Shown: piece after piece, positions 24,714-36,844 of the stretch
How positions within the stretch are numbered: the stretch's first letter is position 1
How the letters are laid out: each line of letters opens with the position of its first letter
NCBI GenBank assembly: GCA_030390025.1
Contig: CM059431.1
Span: forward strand, 99,884,001-99,948,000
Reading direction: 5' to 3'
Source of the DNA: Squalus acanthias
Taxonomy: Eukaryota
DNA: 64,000 nucleotides
The notes under the pieces: generated by a model
What the model was told of the DNA's origin: nothing
Database searches by the model: none
Seen by the model: only the letters and a program-made list of their open reading frames with translations
Translations under genes and position numbers: made by a program

Positions 24714-25611
24714 GGGGGAAAAATTCAGTTGGTTTGCGCCTCCTGTTAGCGCCTTAAGAGGGCGCTAATGGGGCGCAAAGCAACTAGCGCCCGGGCGCGG
24801 CTATGTTTGCGCCGCTCACAAAATTAACTAGACATTTTGCGGCGGCGCTAAACACTACCGCCACGATCTCCTGCGCCGGCAGATCATGACGTCAGTCGAG
24901 TGCGCAACGCCCCGGTAGTGCCCCGAGCGGATATTGAGTGGCGCCCCTGCCTTACCGCCTGCCGCTAGCAACGACAGGTTGAGGGGAGCGTTTTGCAGTC
25001 AGGAAGGGACTGGGAGAGCGCTATTTAAAGGCGACCGCTTCCTGCCTTTTTTTGTTGGTGACATTTTTGCACCACGCATTCTGAGAGAGAGAGAGAGAGA
25101 GAGAGACTTCTGGAGAGATTCAACGCTGTGTGAAGGAGTTTTGGGTACTGAGCAGCACTTTGCAGGTTCATTTTGATTTGCCCTTCCTTGTATCAATTTA
25201 GAAGAGACTGTGGGGGCTGCACTCTGAGCTCTTTGCCTGGCCCTCTCCATTGTTCTATCCAGCAGATTTGATGTACAGGTCTCTCCAGGCCGAGATTCAA
25301 GGCTGCAATGAGCAGGATGTGGATGGAGAGCAAGATCAACCCTCCCCTTTAACAACTGGTCGGCGCCATTGTGTCTGTGTTCCATTGCTGACTGACATCA
25401 CATGAGCTTCGCCAACGCTCTGAGGTAGCGCCTCACTCCTCGGCCTTTGCGCCTTAAGAGGGGTGTGTCGCGCCTGATTTAGCGCTCCAATCAACTCCAG
25501 GGGCGATAAAAGCCAAGTTTGCAGTTAGAGGCGATAATTAGTGCCAGGCGCTAAACTTTGCGCACGGCCGATAATCGCACCCCAAACGGGGCGATACTGA
25601 ATTTTTCCCCC
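24714..25611 (-). mobile_element. Harbinger-type MITE, ~895-bp family, copy 2
   Basis: TIR GGGGGAAAAATTCAGT / ACTGAATTTTTCCCCC with TSD ATA. Confidence 0.9.
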
Positions 25612-25707
25612 ATAATCAGAGATAGGCCATGGAAGGATTTAAACATGAGGATGGGAATTTTAAATTTCAGCCGTTGGGGGTCCAGGAGCCAATATAGGTC
25701 AGTAAGA

Positions 25708-26240
25708 AAGAAGAGAGAACTTGCATTTATATAGCACCTTTCACAATCTCAGGATGCTCCAAAGTGCCAATAAAATACTTTACAAAGTGTGGACACTGTT
25801 GGAATGTAGGAAACGCAGCAGCCAATTTCCGCATGGCAAGTTCCCACAAACAGCAATGTGATAAATGACCAGATAATCTGTTTGTTTTGTGATGTTGGTT
25901 GAGGGATAAATATTGGCCAGGACACCGGGGAGAACTCCCCCTGCTCTTCTTCAAAAAGTGCCAGGGGATCTTTTATGTCCACCTGATCTACTGGAACTTT
26001 TTTATTAAGTAGGATATATTTTTCAAAACACCTATAGGTGTTGTTCTCAGGAAAAGCTGAGACGGGGCCTCGGATTAACGTCTCATCTGAAAGACGGCCC
26101 CTCCGACAGTGCGGCACTCCCTCAGTACTGCGCTGGGAGTGTCAGCCTAGATTTTGTGCTCAAGTCTCTGGAGTGGGGCTTGAACCCACGACCTTCTGAC
26201 TCAGAGGCGAGAGTGCTGCCCACTGAGCCACGGCTGACAC
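25708..26240 (-). mobile_element. Full-length tRNA/Deu-type SINE with a single, unexpanded 33-bp unit
   Basis: Head at 26140-26240, one unit (CCGACAGTGCGGCACTCCCTCAGTACTG, 26103-26130), then Deu domain and tail. Confidence 0.85.
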
Positions 26241-26319
26241 CCAGGTGACAGGTGGAACAAAGCAATTCAGGTCCCACTTAGATTTGAACTCTGTAAGAAC
26301 AAGACTGATAGGCGATAGG

Positions 26320-26530
26320 TTGAGGACAGGGTACGGGCAGCAGAATTTGGGATCTGCTGAAGTTTACAGAGGATGGAGCATGGGAGGCCGGCCCGGAGAG
26401 CACTGGAATAGTCGAGACTGGTGGTGGCCAAGGCATGGATGAGGGTTTCAGCAATTGATGGGCTGAGGCAACGCTGGATACGGGTAATGTTATGGAGGTG
26501 GAAGTAGGCGGTCTTTATGATGGAGAGGAT
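26320..26530 (-). mobile_element. L2-type LINE fragment
   Basis: Similar to 12105-12300 (GAATAGTCGAG...GGCATGGATGAGGGTTTCAGC, encoding ETLIHA..SRLDY on the minus strand). Confidence 0.65.
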
Positions 26531-26769
26531 ATAGAATGTGGAGGCATATGTAAGATGAAATAAAAATCTTATAGGGTTTAGCTTTTATTTCACCAATTTA
26601 AAAACATATATATAAAACTGAGCGTCAAACAAAACATTGAAAAGGGAAGAAAAATGGAAAGCATTTCCAAGAATGTTATCGTTACCAGACAATCTTTGAA
26701 ACAGATAACCTTTAGGAAAATGTCCCCAGTTGTTAGAGGATCTGATAGAAGGAATGGACCATTTCTCCA

Positions 26770-27135
26770 TGTACTACGTAGGATTACACAGGATATACGG
26801 CACAGAAACAGGCCATTCGGCCCAACCAGTCCATGCCGGTGTTTATGCTCCACTCGAGCCTCCTCCCGTCTTTCCTCATCTAAATCTATCAGCGTAACCC
26901 TCTATTCCCTTCTCCCTCAAATGTTTGTCCAGCCTCCCCTTAAATCCATCTATACTATTCGCTTCAACCACTCCCTGTGGTAGCGAGTTCCACATTCTCA
27001 CCACTCTCTGGGTAAAGAAGTTTCTTCTGAATTCCCGATTGGATTTCTTGGTGACCATCTTATATTGATGGCCTCTAGTTTTGCTCTTCCCCACAAGTGG
27101 AAACATTCTCTCTGTATCTACTCTGTCAAAACCTT
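26770..27135 (-). mobile_element. CR1 3' fragment
   Basis: ORF 26876..27106 and 3' UTR. Confidence 0.88.
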
Positions 27136-27418
27136 ACAACTAATCAGGACCTAATATTTGGAGGTGTTTTGTAGAGGAACGCAATTTTTAAAAGATTTCT
27201 TATTTGCAACAAACATAAGATAAACTTATCTTCAATAAGTTCAATCTCTTTCAATCTTCTGATTCTTTCAAAGCACGTAACAGCAGGAAGCCCGAGGCAA
27301 GTTTAGTAAAAATGTCACATGATAGTTTTAATGAACAGCACCATTGACGTTTCTATGGCTGTTTCGGTAAGTAGTGTGGAATGCAGAAACTGTTAACATG
27401 AAATATATTCGTGCATAC

Positions 27419-27541
27419 CTCCACAAATCTCGCCAGTTTCATCGTCAATGCAATCTTGGTCGTTACACTCACAAAACTTTCCATAAATCAGATTGTCATT
27501 TCCAGAACTGTTGCAGATGCACCTCCCGCAGTGACAGGTGC
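27419..27541 (-). CDS. ITGBL1: ITGBL1 coding exon (equivalent to exon 4), 123 bp, phase 1-1
   Basis: Acceptor TTTTTTCACATTTTCTAG and donor GTATGC. Translated by hand: (G)[40 protein letters not shown](G). Confidence 0.95.
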
Positions 27542-27774
27542 CTAGAAAATGTGAAAAAACCAGGGTCACTTAGTATCTGGCAATAGTTGACATTGCTTGC
27601 AAGAATTCCATTGTCTCTCCAGTCTTGCATCATAGGTTTGGTTTGTTTAATTATAAAATATATTAGCAATTAGAACACTATAACACGATCCTCAATGCAC
27701 TTCCTCCTCTCTGCATCCCCTCTGTGTTGTAATAAAGATTCATTGCACTGTCTCCGACTCTCTAACTCATTCTT

Positions 27775-28040
27775 TCTTAGAATCTAACACCAATAAATCC
27801 AATCGGGAATTCAGGAGTGGTGAGAATGCGGAACTCGCTGCCACAGGGAGTGGTTGAGGCGAATAGCAGAGATACATTTAAGGGGGAAGCTGGATAAACA
27901 CATGAGGGAGAAAGGAATAGAAGGTTATGCTGATGGGGTGAGATGAAGAGGGGTGGGAGGAGGCTGGTGTGGAGCAGAAACACCGGCACGGTGCAGGTGG
28001 GCCGAATGACCTGTTTCGGTGCTGTATGTAATTCCATGTA
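27775..28040 (+). mobile_element. CR1 3' fragment
   Basis: GTGGTGAGAATGCGGAACTCGCTGCCACAGGGAGTGGTTGAGGC and a CR1 3' UTR. Confidence 0.8.
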
Positions 28041-28482
28041 TAATCTTCAATTTCCTTGGAATTTCAGCCTGCCTTCCTCACGCAATCCAGAGACCTTACA
28101 AATCTGAGATTCAAGGCATCTAACACTTCTAACTAATTAAGTTATTCTCTTCCTGTCTCTTCAACCATGACAGTGCCCACTCTCGGCTTGTCTACTCACA
28201 TCGTTCTTTCAATTGAAGTAAATTCTGTAAAATCCAGATAAAACAATTCAAAGGATTCATTAATGTAATTGTTCCTGCGATACTCATAGTTGTGTGGGAT
28301 TAAACACCGGAGATCTCGATTGAAAGATCTGATCTATGCTATAACAGCCTCTGTCACTGAAGAACGTTAGTGGAAGTCTGGAGCCTACCGTCATTGTTGA
28401 TCGTTATTTCTAGTTATTCAACAAGTTCACGTCTCCTGTTTGAGCCCTGACCTGCTAAGTTCCTCCTTCCTCTGCAATATAT

Positions 28483-28855
28483 CAACAACAACAACAACAA
28501 CTATAGCGCCTTTAACATAGTAAAATGTCCCAAGGTGCTGCACAGGAGTATTTTAAGACAACAAATTTGACTCCGGGCCACATAAGGGCAGGTGACCAAA
28601 AGCTTGGTCAAAGAGGTAGGTTTTAAGGAGCGTCTTAAAGGAGGAGAGAGAGGTAGAGAGAAGGAGAGGTTTAGGGAGGGAATTCAAGAGCTTAGGGCCC
28701 AGGCAGCTGAAGGCACGGCTGCCAATGGTTGAGTGATTATTATCAGGGATGCTCAAGAGGGCCGAATTAGAGGAGCACAGATATCTCGGGGGGGTTGTGG
28801 GGCTGAAGGAGATTACAGAGATAGGAAGGGGCGAGGCCATGGCGGGATTTGAAAA
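28483..28855 (-). mobile_element. L2-type LINE 3' end with (AAC)n tail on the + strand
   Basis: ORF 28553..28882 contains TIGSRAFSCLGPKLLNSLP...FKTLLKTYLFDQAF. Confidence 0.8.
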
Positions 28856-29077
28856 CAAGTCAATATCAATAGTAACTTTCAAAAGGGAATTGCATCTCTA
28901 CTTAAAAAGGAAAAAAGAATGTGCAGGGTTATGGGGAAAGAGCAGGGGGAGTTGGACCAATTGGAGAGCTCTTTGAGAGAGCCGGCACAGGCACGATGGG
29001 CCGAATGGCCTCCTCCTCTGCTGTATGACTCTATTCTATGATTTCCTGAATGGGGTGCGTAATGTTACAATACTATT

Positions 29078-29500
29078 TTTTTAATATTCGTTCACAGGAT
29101 GTGGGCGTCGCTGGCAAGGCCCAGCATTTATTGCCCATCCCTAGCTGCCCTCGAGAAGGTGGTGGTGAGCCGCCTTCTTGAACCGCTGCAGTCCGTGTGG
29201 TGAAGGTGTTCCCACAGTGCTGTTAGGGAGGGAGTTCCGGGATTATGACCCAGCGACGATGAAGATCGGCGATATACTTCCAAGTCAGGATGGTGTGTGA
29301 CTTGGAGGGGAACTTGGAGGTGGTGGTATTCCCATGCGCCTGCTGCCCTTGTCCTTCTAGGTGGAAGAGGTCGCGGGTTTGGGAGGTGCTGCCGAAGAAG
29401 CCTTGGCGAGTTGCTGCAGTGCATCTTGTGGATGGTACACACTGCAGCTACGGTACGCCGGTGGTGGAGGGAGTGAATGTTTAAGGTGGTGGATGGGGTA
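29078..29500 (-). mobile_element. 3' fragment of a second non-LTR LINE family (CR1/L2 group)
   Basis: LNIHSLHHRRTVAAVCTIHKMHC...; same family as 46147-46942 and 49488-50016. Confidence 0.8.
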
Positions 29501-29651
29501 AAGTGCACTTGAAGATTATTCACTTGAACGCAAAAGGTTTACTATACACTAAAATGTGCTGGCAATATGAATCTGACATTTCTCCTCACATAAAAAATGG
29601 GAGAAATGCCTTCTAATATAACTGTGGAAAACCAGAGCTTTGAAACATGTA

Positions 29652-30547
29652 GGGGGAAAAATTCAGTATCGCCCCGTTTGGGGCACAATTATCGGCCGGG
29701 CGCAAAGTTTAGCGCCTGGCGCTAATTATCGCCTCCGACTGCAAACTTGGCTTTTATTGCCCCTAGAGATGATTGGAGCGCTAAATCAGGCACTACACAC
29801 CTGTCTTAAGGTGCAAAGGCCGAGGAGCGAGGCGCTACCTCAGAGCGCTGGCGAAGCTCATGTGATGTCAGTCAGCAATGGAACACAGACACAATGGCCC
29901 CGGCCAGTTCTTAAAGGGGAGGGTTGATCTTGCTCTCCATCCACATCCTGCTCATTGCAGCCTTGAATCTTGGCCTGGAGAGACCTGTACATCAAATCTG
30001 CTGGAAAGAACAATGGAGAGAACCAGGGAAAGAGCTCAGAGTGCAGCCCCCACAGTCTCTTCTAAATAGATGCAAGGAAGGGCAAATCAAAATGATCCTG
30101 CAAAGTGCTGCTCAGTACCCAAAACTCCTTCACACAGCGTTGAATCTCTCCAGAAGTCTCTCTCTCTCTCTCTCTCAGAATGCGTGGTGCAAAAATGTCA
30201 CCAACAAAAAAAGGCAGGAAGCGGTCGCCTTTAAATAGCGCTCCCCCAGCCCCTTCCTGACTGCAAAACGCTGCCCTCAACCTGCCGTTGCTAGTGGCAG
30301 GCGGTAAGGCAGGGGGCGCCACTCAATATCCGCTCCGGGGCGCGACCGGGGTGTTGCGCACTCGACTGACGTCACGATCTGCCGGCGCAGGAGAGCGTGG
30401 CGGTAATGTTTAGTGCCCCCGCAAAATGTCTGGTTAATTTTGCGAGCGGCGCAAACATCGCCGCGCCCGGGCGCTAGTTGCTTTGCGCCCCATCAACGCC
30501 CTCTTAAGGCGCTAACGGGAGGCGCAAACCAACTGAATTTTTCCCCC
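29652..30547 (+). mobile_element. Harbinger-type MITE, ~895-bp family, copy 3
   Basis: TIR GGGGGAAAAATTCAGT / ACTGAATTTTTCCCCC with TSD GTA. Confidence 0.9.
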
Positions 30548-32255
30548 GTAATTCCTAAAGGTGTTATTTCACTTTTGCAACATAAAGCTAGCAGCAATTC
30601 ATATTGCGGCCACCATAACAATCCTTTTAACATTCTCTGACAATTAACAAATCACGAGACAGATGTAAATATCAAAAGATTTATCAATCTTGCTGTGGCC
30701 TGCACAATCAGCTAAAAATGGCTGAACAAGTGAGAATCAGTCATGATTTAGCAACAAGACACAGAATTACACAGGTCCCGATATTTGCAAAGAGGCTGGG
30801 AGGGAGCGACATAGGTAGGACAAAGAAAGAGGTTCTGCTGAGAGAGTTTGAGCAGCTAGGGATTAAATTAAAAAACAGAAGAGAGCAGGGACTGCAGTGA
30901 GGATGAGCAAACTGACCACAGCACTATGGTACAGGGAGCCATTCAAGTGGGGGGAGCAAAAAGAAATGTGGTAGTGGTAGGGGACAGTATAGTTAGGGGG
31001 ATAGACACTGTTCTCTGCAGCCAAGAGCGTGAGTCCCGAAGGCTGTGTTGCCTGCCCAGTGCCAAGGTTAAAGACATCTCCTCTGGGCTGGAAAGGAACT
31101 TAGAATGGGAGGAGAAAGATCCAATTGTCATGGTCCATGTAGGTACCAACGACATAGGTAGGACAAAGAAAGAGGTTCTGCTGAGAGAGTTTGAGCAGCT
31201 AGGGACTAAATTAAAAAACAGAACCACAATGGTCATAATCTCTGGATTATTACCGGAGCCACGAGCAAATTGGCATAGGGTCAATAGGATCAGGGAGATG
31301 AATGCGTGGCTCAAAGATTGGTGTGCGAGAAGTGGGTTTTGATTCGTGGGGCACTGGCACCAGTACTGGGGAAAGAGAGAGCTGTTCCATTGGGACGGAC
31401 TACACCTGAACCATGCTGGGACCAGAGTTCTAGCGAATCGAATAATTAGGGAGGTAGATAGGGCTTTAAACTAAATAAGGTGGGGGGTCGGGAGGGTCCC
31501 GGTGGAGAGAAATCTAGAATGCTAAAGAGAAAAGACAGGAAGCAGTGCAGGAAAGTGATTGGGGTAAGGATAACCAGATTGTGTCAGGAAGGGACAGAGC
31601 GTACAAACAAAGGAGTGCACTAACAAATAGGGTCCGGTAAGAAAAAATGGCAATAAGACAAATAGGGCCATAGTACAAAAAAATGTTAAGATGTCTAAAA
31701 ATGTTAAAAAGACAAATCTAAAGGCACTGCTTCTGAATGCACAAAGCATTCGTAATAAGGTAGACAAATTAACAGCACAAATAGATGTAAACGGATGCGA
31801 TATAATTGTGATTACGGAGACATGGCTGCAGGGTGACCAAGGCTGGGAGCTGAATATCCAAGGATATTCGATATTTAGGAAGGACAGGCAAAAAGGAAAA
31901 GGAGGTGGGGTGGCCTTGTTAGTAAAGGATGAAATCAGAGCAATAGTGAGAAAGAATATTGGCTCAGAAAACATTGGTGGGAGTTGTCTATAGGCCTCCA
32001 AACAGTAGTGGTAATGTAGGGGATGGCATCAAACAGGAAATTAGAGATGCATGTAACAAGGGTACTACAGTAATCATGGGTGACTTTAATCTACATATAG
32101 ACTGGCCAAACCAAATTAGCAATAATATTGTGGAGGATGAATTCCTGGAGTGTGTACGAGATGTTTTTTAGACCAGTACGTTGAGGAGCCAACTAGGGAA
32201 CAGGCTATCCTAGATTGGGTATTGTGCAATGAGAAGGGATTAATTAATAATCTTG

Positions 32256-33405
32256 ATAGCAAAATACTGCAGATGCTGGAAATCCGAAATAACAACAGAA
32301 AACGCTGGAAAAACTCAGCAGGCGAGGCAGCATCCGTGGAGAGAGAAACAGAGTTAACGTTTCAGGTCGAAGACCTTTCATCAGAACTGGAGACAGCAGG
32401 AAATCAAATAGATTTAAAGCAAGGATAAAGGTGGGAAAAGGGGGAAGGGATAAAAGAACAAAAGGAGAGATTAAGAGACATTAAGAGACATTAAGAGATA
32501 TTCAAGGCAAGAGGTGGTGGTAATGTGACAGGTTAAGGCTGAAAGAAGTGTGAAATGCAATGGCAGAATGAAGGACAGCTGCCAGCTTCTAGGAGGGAAA
32601 AAAAAGGGGGGGGTGCAAATAAAAGGGTGGATGAGAAAATAAAATATAAATGTGATGGGGCTAAGGTTATGATCTAAAATTGTTGAACTCGATATTGAGT
32701 CCAGAGGGCTGTAGCGTGCCTAAACGAAAGATGAGGTGCTGTTCCTCGAGCTTACGCTGCGCTTCCGTGGAACAATGTAATAGGCCGAGGACGGTGAGGT
32801 CAGAGTGGGAGTGAAGCGGTGAATTAAAGTGACAGGCCACCGAGAGCTCGGGGTCACGCTTACGGACTGAACGGAGGTGTTCCGCAAAGCGGTCACCCAA
32901 TCTGCGTTTGGTCTCCCAATGTAGAGGAGACCACATCGTGAGCAGCGAATACAGTATACTAAATTGCAGGAAGTACAAGTAAATCGCTGTTTCACCTGGA
33001 AGGGGTGTTTGGGGCCCTGGACAGTGGGAAGAGGGGAGGTATAAGGGCATGTGTTGCATCTCCTGCGCTTGCACGGGAAGGTGCCGGGCGAAGGGGAAGG
33101 GGTGCTGGGGGTGGTAGAGGAGTGGACTAGGGTGTCGCGGAGGGAGCGGTCCCTGCGGAATGCTGAAAGGGGAGGTGAGGGGAAGATGCGTTTGGTGGTG
33201 GTATCACGCTGGAGGTAAAGGAAATGGCGGAGGATGATCCGTTGAATGTGGAGGCTGGTGCGGTGAAAGGTGAGGACAAGGGGAACTCTATCGTGGTTCC
33301 GGGAGGGAGGGGCAGGGGTGAGGGCAGAAGTGCGGGAGATAGAACGGACATGGTCGAGGGCCGTGTCGACCACGGGAGAGGAGAATTCTCGGTTGAGGAA
33401 AAAGG
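32256..33405 (-). mobile_element. Penelope-like retroelement (RT thumb, Cys linker, GIY-YIG endonuclease, 3' UTR), 5'-truncated
   Basis: RVPLVLTF, CKRRRCNTC, NLVYCIRCSRCGLLYIG / ETKRRLGDRFAEH...HFN...LGTLQPSGLN. Flanked by a 13-bp direct repeat ATTAATAATCTTG (32243-32255 / 33406-33418). Confidence 0.93.
32352..32388 (-). ncRNA. Minimal type I hammerhead ribozyme motif
   Basis: Minus strand AGUU CUGAUGA A AGGUC-UUC-GACCU GAAA CG U U AACU. Confidence 0.78.
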
Positions 33406-35021
33406 ATTAATAATCTTGTTGTGCGGGGTCCTTTAGGGAAGAGTGACCATAATATGATAGAATTCGCCCTTAAGATGGAAAGTGAAGAAGTCCAATCCGA
33501 AACTTGGGTCCTAAATCTAAACAAAGGAAACTATGAAGGTATGAGGAGTGAGTTGGCTATGATAGATTGGGGAGCTTCATTAAAAGGCATGACGGTGGAT
33601 AGGCAATGGCTAACATTTAAGGAATGAATGCATGAATTGCAACAGTTATACATTCCTTTCTAGCGCAAAAACACAAAAGGAAAAGCGGCCCAACCATGGC
33701 TAACAAAAGAAATTAAGGATAGTATTAGATCCAAAGAGGAGTCATATAAAGTTGACAGAAAAAGTAGCAAGCCTAAGGATTGGGAGCAGTTTAGAGTTCA
33801 GCAAAAAAGGACCAAGAGATTGATTAAGAGAGGAAAAATAGAGTATGAGAGTAAACTTGCAAGGAACATAAAAGTGGATTGTAAAAGCTTCTACAAGTAT
33901 GTAAAAAGAAAAAGATTAGTGAAGACAAATGTAGGTCCCTTACAGTCAGAAATGGGAGAATTTATAATGGGGAACAAGGAAATGGCAGAGCAATTAAACA
34001 AATACTTTGGTTCTGTCTTCACAGAAGAGGACACAAATAACTTTCCAGAAATGCTAGGGAACCAAGGGTCTAGTGAGAAGGAGGAAGTAAAGGAAATTAG
34101 TATTAGTAATAAAATAGTGCTGGAGAAATTAATGGGACTGAAAGCTGATAAATCTCCAGGGTCTGATAATCTGCATCCCAGAGTACTAAAAGAGGTAGCC
34201 ATGGAAATGGTGGATGCATTGGTTGTCATCTTCCAAAATTCTATAGATTATGGAACAGTTCCTGCAGATTGGAGGGTGGCAAATGTAACCCCACTATTTG
34301 AAAAAGGAGGGAGAAAGAAAACAGGGAACTACAGACAGGTTAGACTAACATCAGTAGTAGGGAAAATGCTAGAGTCTATTATAAAGGATGTGATAACAGG
34401 ACACTTAGAAAATATCAACGGGATTAGACAAAGTCAACATGGATTTATGAAAGGGAAATCGTGTTTGACAAACTGACTGGAGTTTTTTGAGGATGTAACT
34501 GGTAGAATAGATAAGGGAGAACCAGTGGATGTGGTGTATTTGGATTTTCAGAAGGCCTTTGATAAAGTCCCACATAAGAGGTTAGTGTGCAAAATTAAAG
34601 CACATGGGATTGGGGGTAATATACTGACATGGATTGAAAATTGGTTAACAGACAGGAAACAGAGAGTAGGAATAAATGGATCTTTTTCGGGGTGGCAGGT
34701 GGTGACTAGTGGGGTACCACAGGGATCAGTGCTTGGGCCCCAGCTATTCACAATATATATCAATGATTTGGATGAGGGAACCAAATGTAATATTTCCAGG
34801 TTTGCTGACGACACGAAACTAGGTGGGATTGAGTGTTATGAGGAGGATGCAAAGAGGCTTCAAGGCGATTTAGACAAGTTGAGTGAGTGGGTAAATACAT
34901 GGCAGATGCAGTATAACGTGGATAAATGTGAAGTTATCCACTTCGGTAGGAAAAACAGAAAGGCAGAGTATTATTTAAATGGTGATAGATTGGGAAATGT
35001 TGATGTACAGAGGGACCTGAG

Positions 35022-35492
35022 AGACAGCACCTCATCTTTCTATTAGGCGCTTTACAGCCTTCTGGACTCAACATCGAGTTCAACAATTTCAGGCTATAAA
35101 TTGGCCCCTGTAGTTCTTTCTTTTTTTCTCTCTTGTTTCCTCACATGGTAGCTGTTAATGTTGCTGCCATCATCATTCAAACCTCATCTCGAGCCATCTT
35201 TTGTTTCTTAACTTGTCCCAACCTCTCCTTTTGCCTCGCACCATCATCCCTTTTGTCAGTCAATCTCTCCGGCCTTCCATCCTATCACAGACCTTCCCTT
35301 TGTTCTATCCTCCCCTCCTCCCGGCCCTGCTTAAAAATCTCTCCTCCCTAACCTTTTCCAGTTCTGATGAAGGGTTCGACCCGAAACGTTGACTCTGTTT
35401 CTCTCCCCTCGATGCTGCCTGACCTGCTGAGTGTTTCCAGCACTTTCTGCTGTTATTTCAGATTTCCAGCATCCGCAGTATTTTGCTATTGT
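35022..35492 (+). mobile_element. Penelope-like element 3' end
   Basis: Starts with the QHLIF.LG.LQPSGLNIEFNNF coding remnant, then a 3' UTR ending CCAGCATCCGCAGTATTTTGCT. Confidence 0.85.
35360..35394 (+). ncRNA. Minimal type I hammerhead ribozyme motif
   Basis: AGUU CUGAUGA A GGGU-UCG-ACCC GAAA CG U U GACU. Confidence 0.75.
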
Positions 35493-35539
35493 ATTGAGAT
35501 TGAGAGACTGGCTGGTGGGTGCGTAGGCCTTCAGCAACA

Positions 35540-36200
35540 GGCCGCAGCCGGGGAGCAGAGAGGAGGGTGGGTGGGATTGGAAGAGTCGGAGGGGAGATCA
35601 GAGGCCTCGGCAGGGGGAAGATCGGAAGGGGCATGGAGGGGATGGGGGCGATTGGAGGCCAGAAGGAAGATCGGAGGCATCGGCGGGGGGTGGGGTGGGG
35701 GGAGGCGGGGAGATCGGAGGCCAGAGGGAAGATCGGAGGCGTCGGTGGGGGGTGGGGTGGGGGGGAGATCGGAAGAGTCGGGGGTGGGGGGGAGATCGGA
35801 GGCCGCAGCCAGGGAGCGCAGAGGAGGGAGAGAGGGATCAGAAATCAGAAGACTTGGAGGAAGGTGGGAGATCATGGCTCGGGTGGGGGGAGATCATGGC
35901 TTGCGGGGGGTGCCCAATCTCGGGGGGTGGGGGAGCAGGTAAGCTGGATCTAGCAGGTAAATGGAAGGATGCTTACCTCCTGGATGCAGCAGTCCTTGCC
36001 TCCCTTTAGCTGACGGGTTTTCCGAGGCCCAGCCAGGATTAAATGGAAAATTGAGTTAAATCTGAGGCACGCAGCCTAACTAAATGACCGACCCACCTCC
36101 GTTAAAACGGGTTCAAGACGGGTTGGGGGTCAGGTTTGAGATTTTTAACATTTTTAACATCCCACCCAACCCAAACCCACCCGACTTTGGGGGTTAAAAG
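35540..36200. repeat. G-rich degenerate repeat (GGAGATCGGAGG-like) within a probable non-autonomous DNA element
   Basis: Repeated GGGAGATCGGA motifs. The end segment 36090-36200 resembles 37330-37435. Confidence 0.5.
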
Positions 36201-36844
36201 TCCTCTCTGACATCACAGAAACAGGCCATTCGGTCTAACTGGTCCATGTTCTCTCTTTGGAAGAGCTCTCCAATTAGTCCCACACCCCCCGCTCTTTCCC
36301 CGTAGCTCGGCTAATGTCTCCTTTTCAAGTATTTATCCAATTCCCTGTTGAAAGTTACTATTGACTCTGCTTCCACCGCCCTTTCAGGCAGCGCGTTCCA
36401 CACGAGCTCCTTCTCATCCTTCTCCATCAAACCCGAGCAGCACATCACACTGCAGGTTCTGGTGTCGTTTGGAAGAGTCAGATATGTGCACAATTTTTGA
36501 TGGAGGGAGACAGTGACCCGAATAGGCAAAGAAAGGCAATGCATCACTGATCGCTGCATTAAACACTGGAGAATCAGATGGAAGTCTGAAAGCTGCTGAA
36601 CTTAAAGAGGAGCACAGGGATAAAGCATGAATATTAAACTTACAGCTAGAGACATAGATAGGAATGAAGGAAAGCAATAGTTGTTAAAGATATTGGGCGG
36701 GGGGATGGGGTGGCTAGTGTTTGTATGTGGCAGGTTGATGGTGGGTGAGATTGGGGGGCCGTGACGAAGCACTCCTGCTCCTCCCGGCCCACAAGGATTG
36801 CTCCCTGAGGTTGCTCACGCCTCGTTGCCGCCACCGGGATGGCT

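Larger units (their letters stand above)
30807..35020 (+). mobile_element. Near full-length decayed CR1 LINE: ORF1 SGNH/GDSL esterase, ORF2 APE endonuclease plus RT, 3'-truncated, interrupted by Penelope
   Basis: ORF1 VVVGDSIVRG...HVGTNDI...(stop)...DGLHLN ends at ~31474. ORF2 pieces: LNAQSIRNK, ITETWL, GGGVAL, GVVYRPP, MGDFN, GKSDHN, GNYR, FADD. Confidence 0.93.

Noticed and set aside
36311..36559. Cys-containing minus-strand ORF as an extra ITGBL1 exon
   Set aside because: No I-EGF cysteine spacing, and it runs into a CR1 fragment (WNALPERAVEA). Exons 3 and 4 already join in register.
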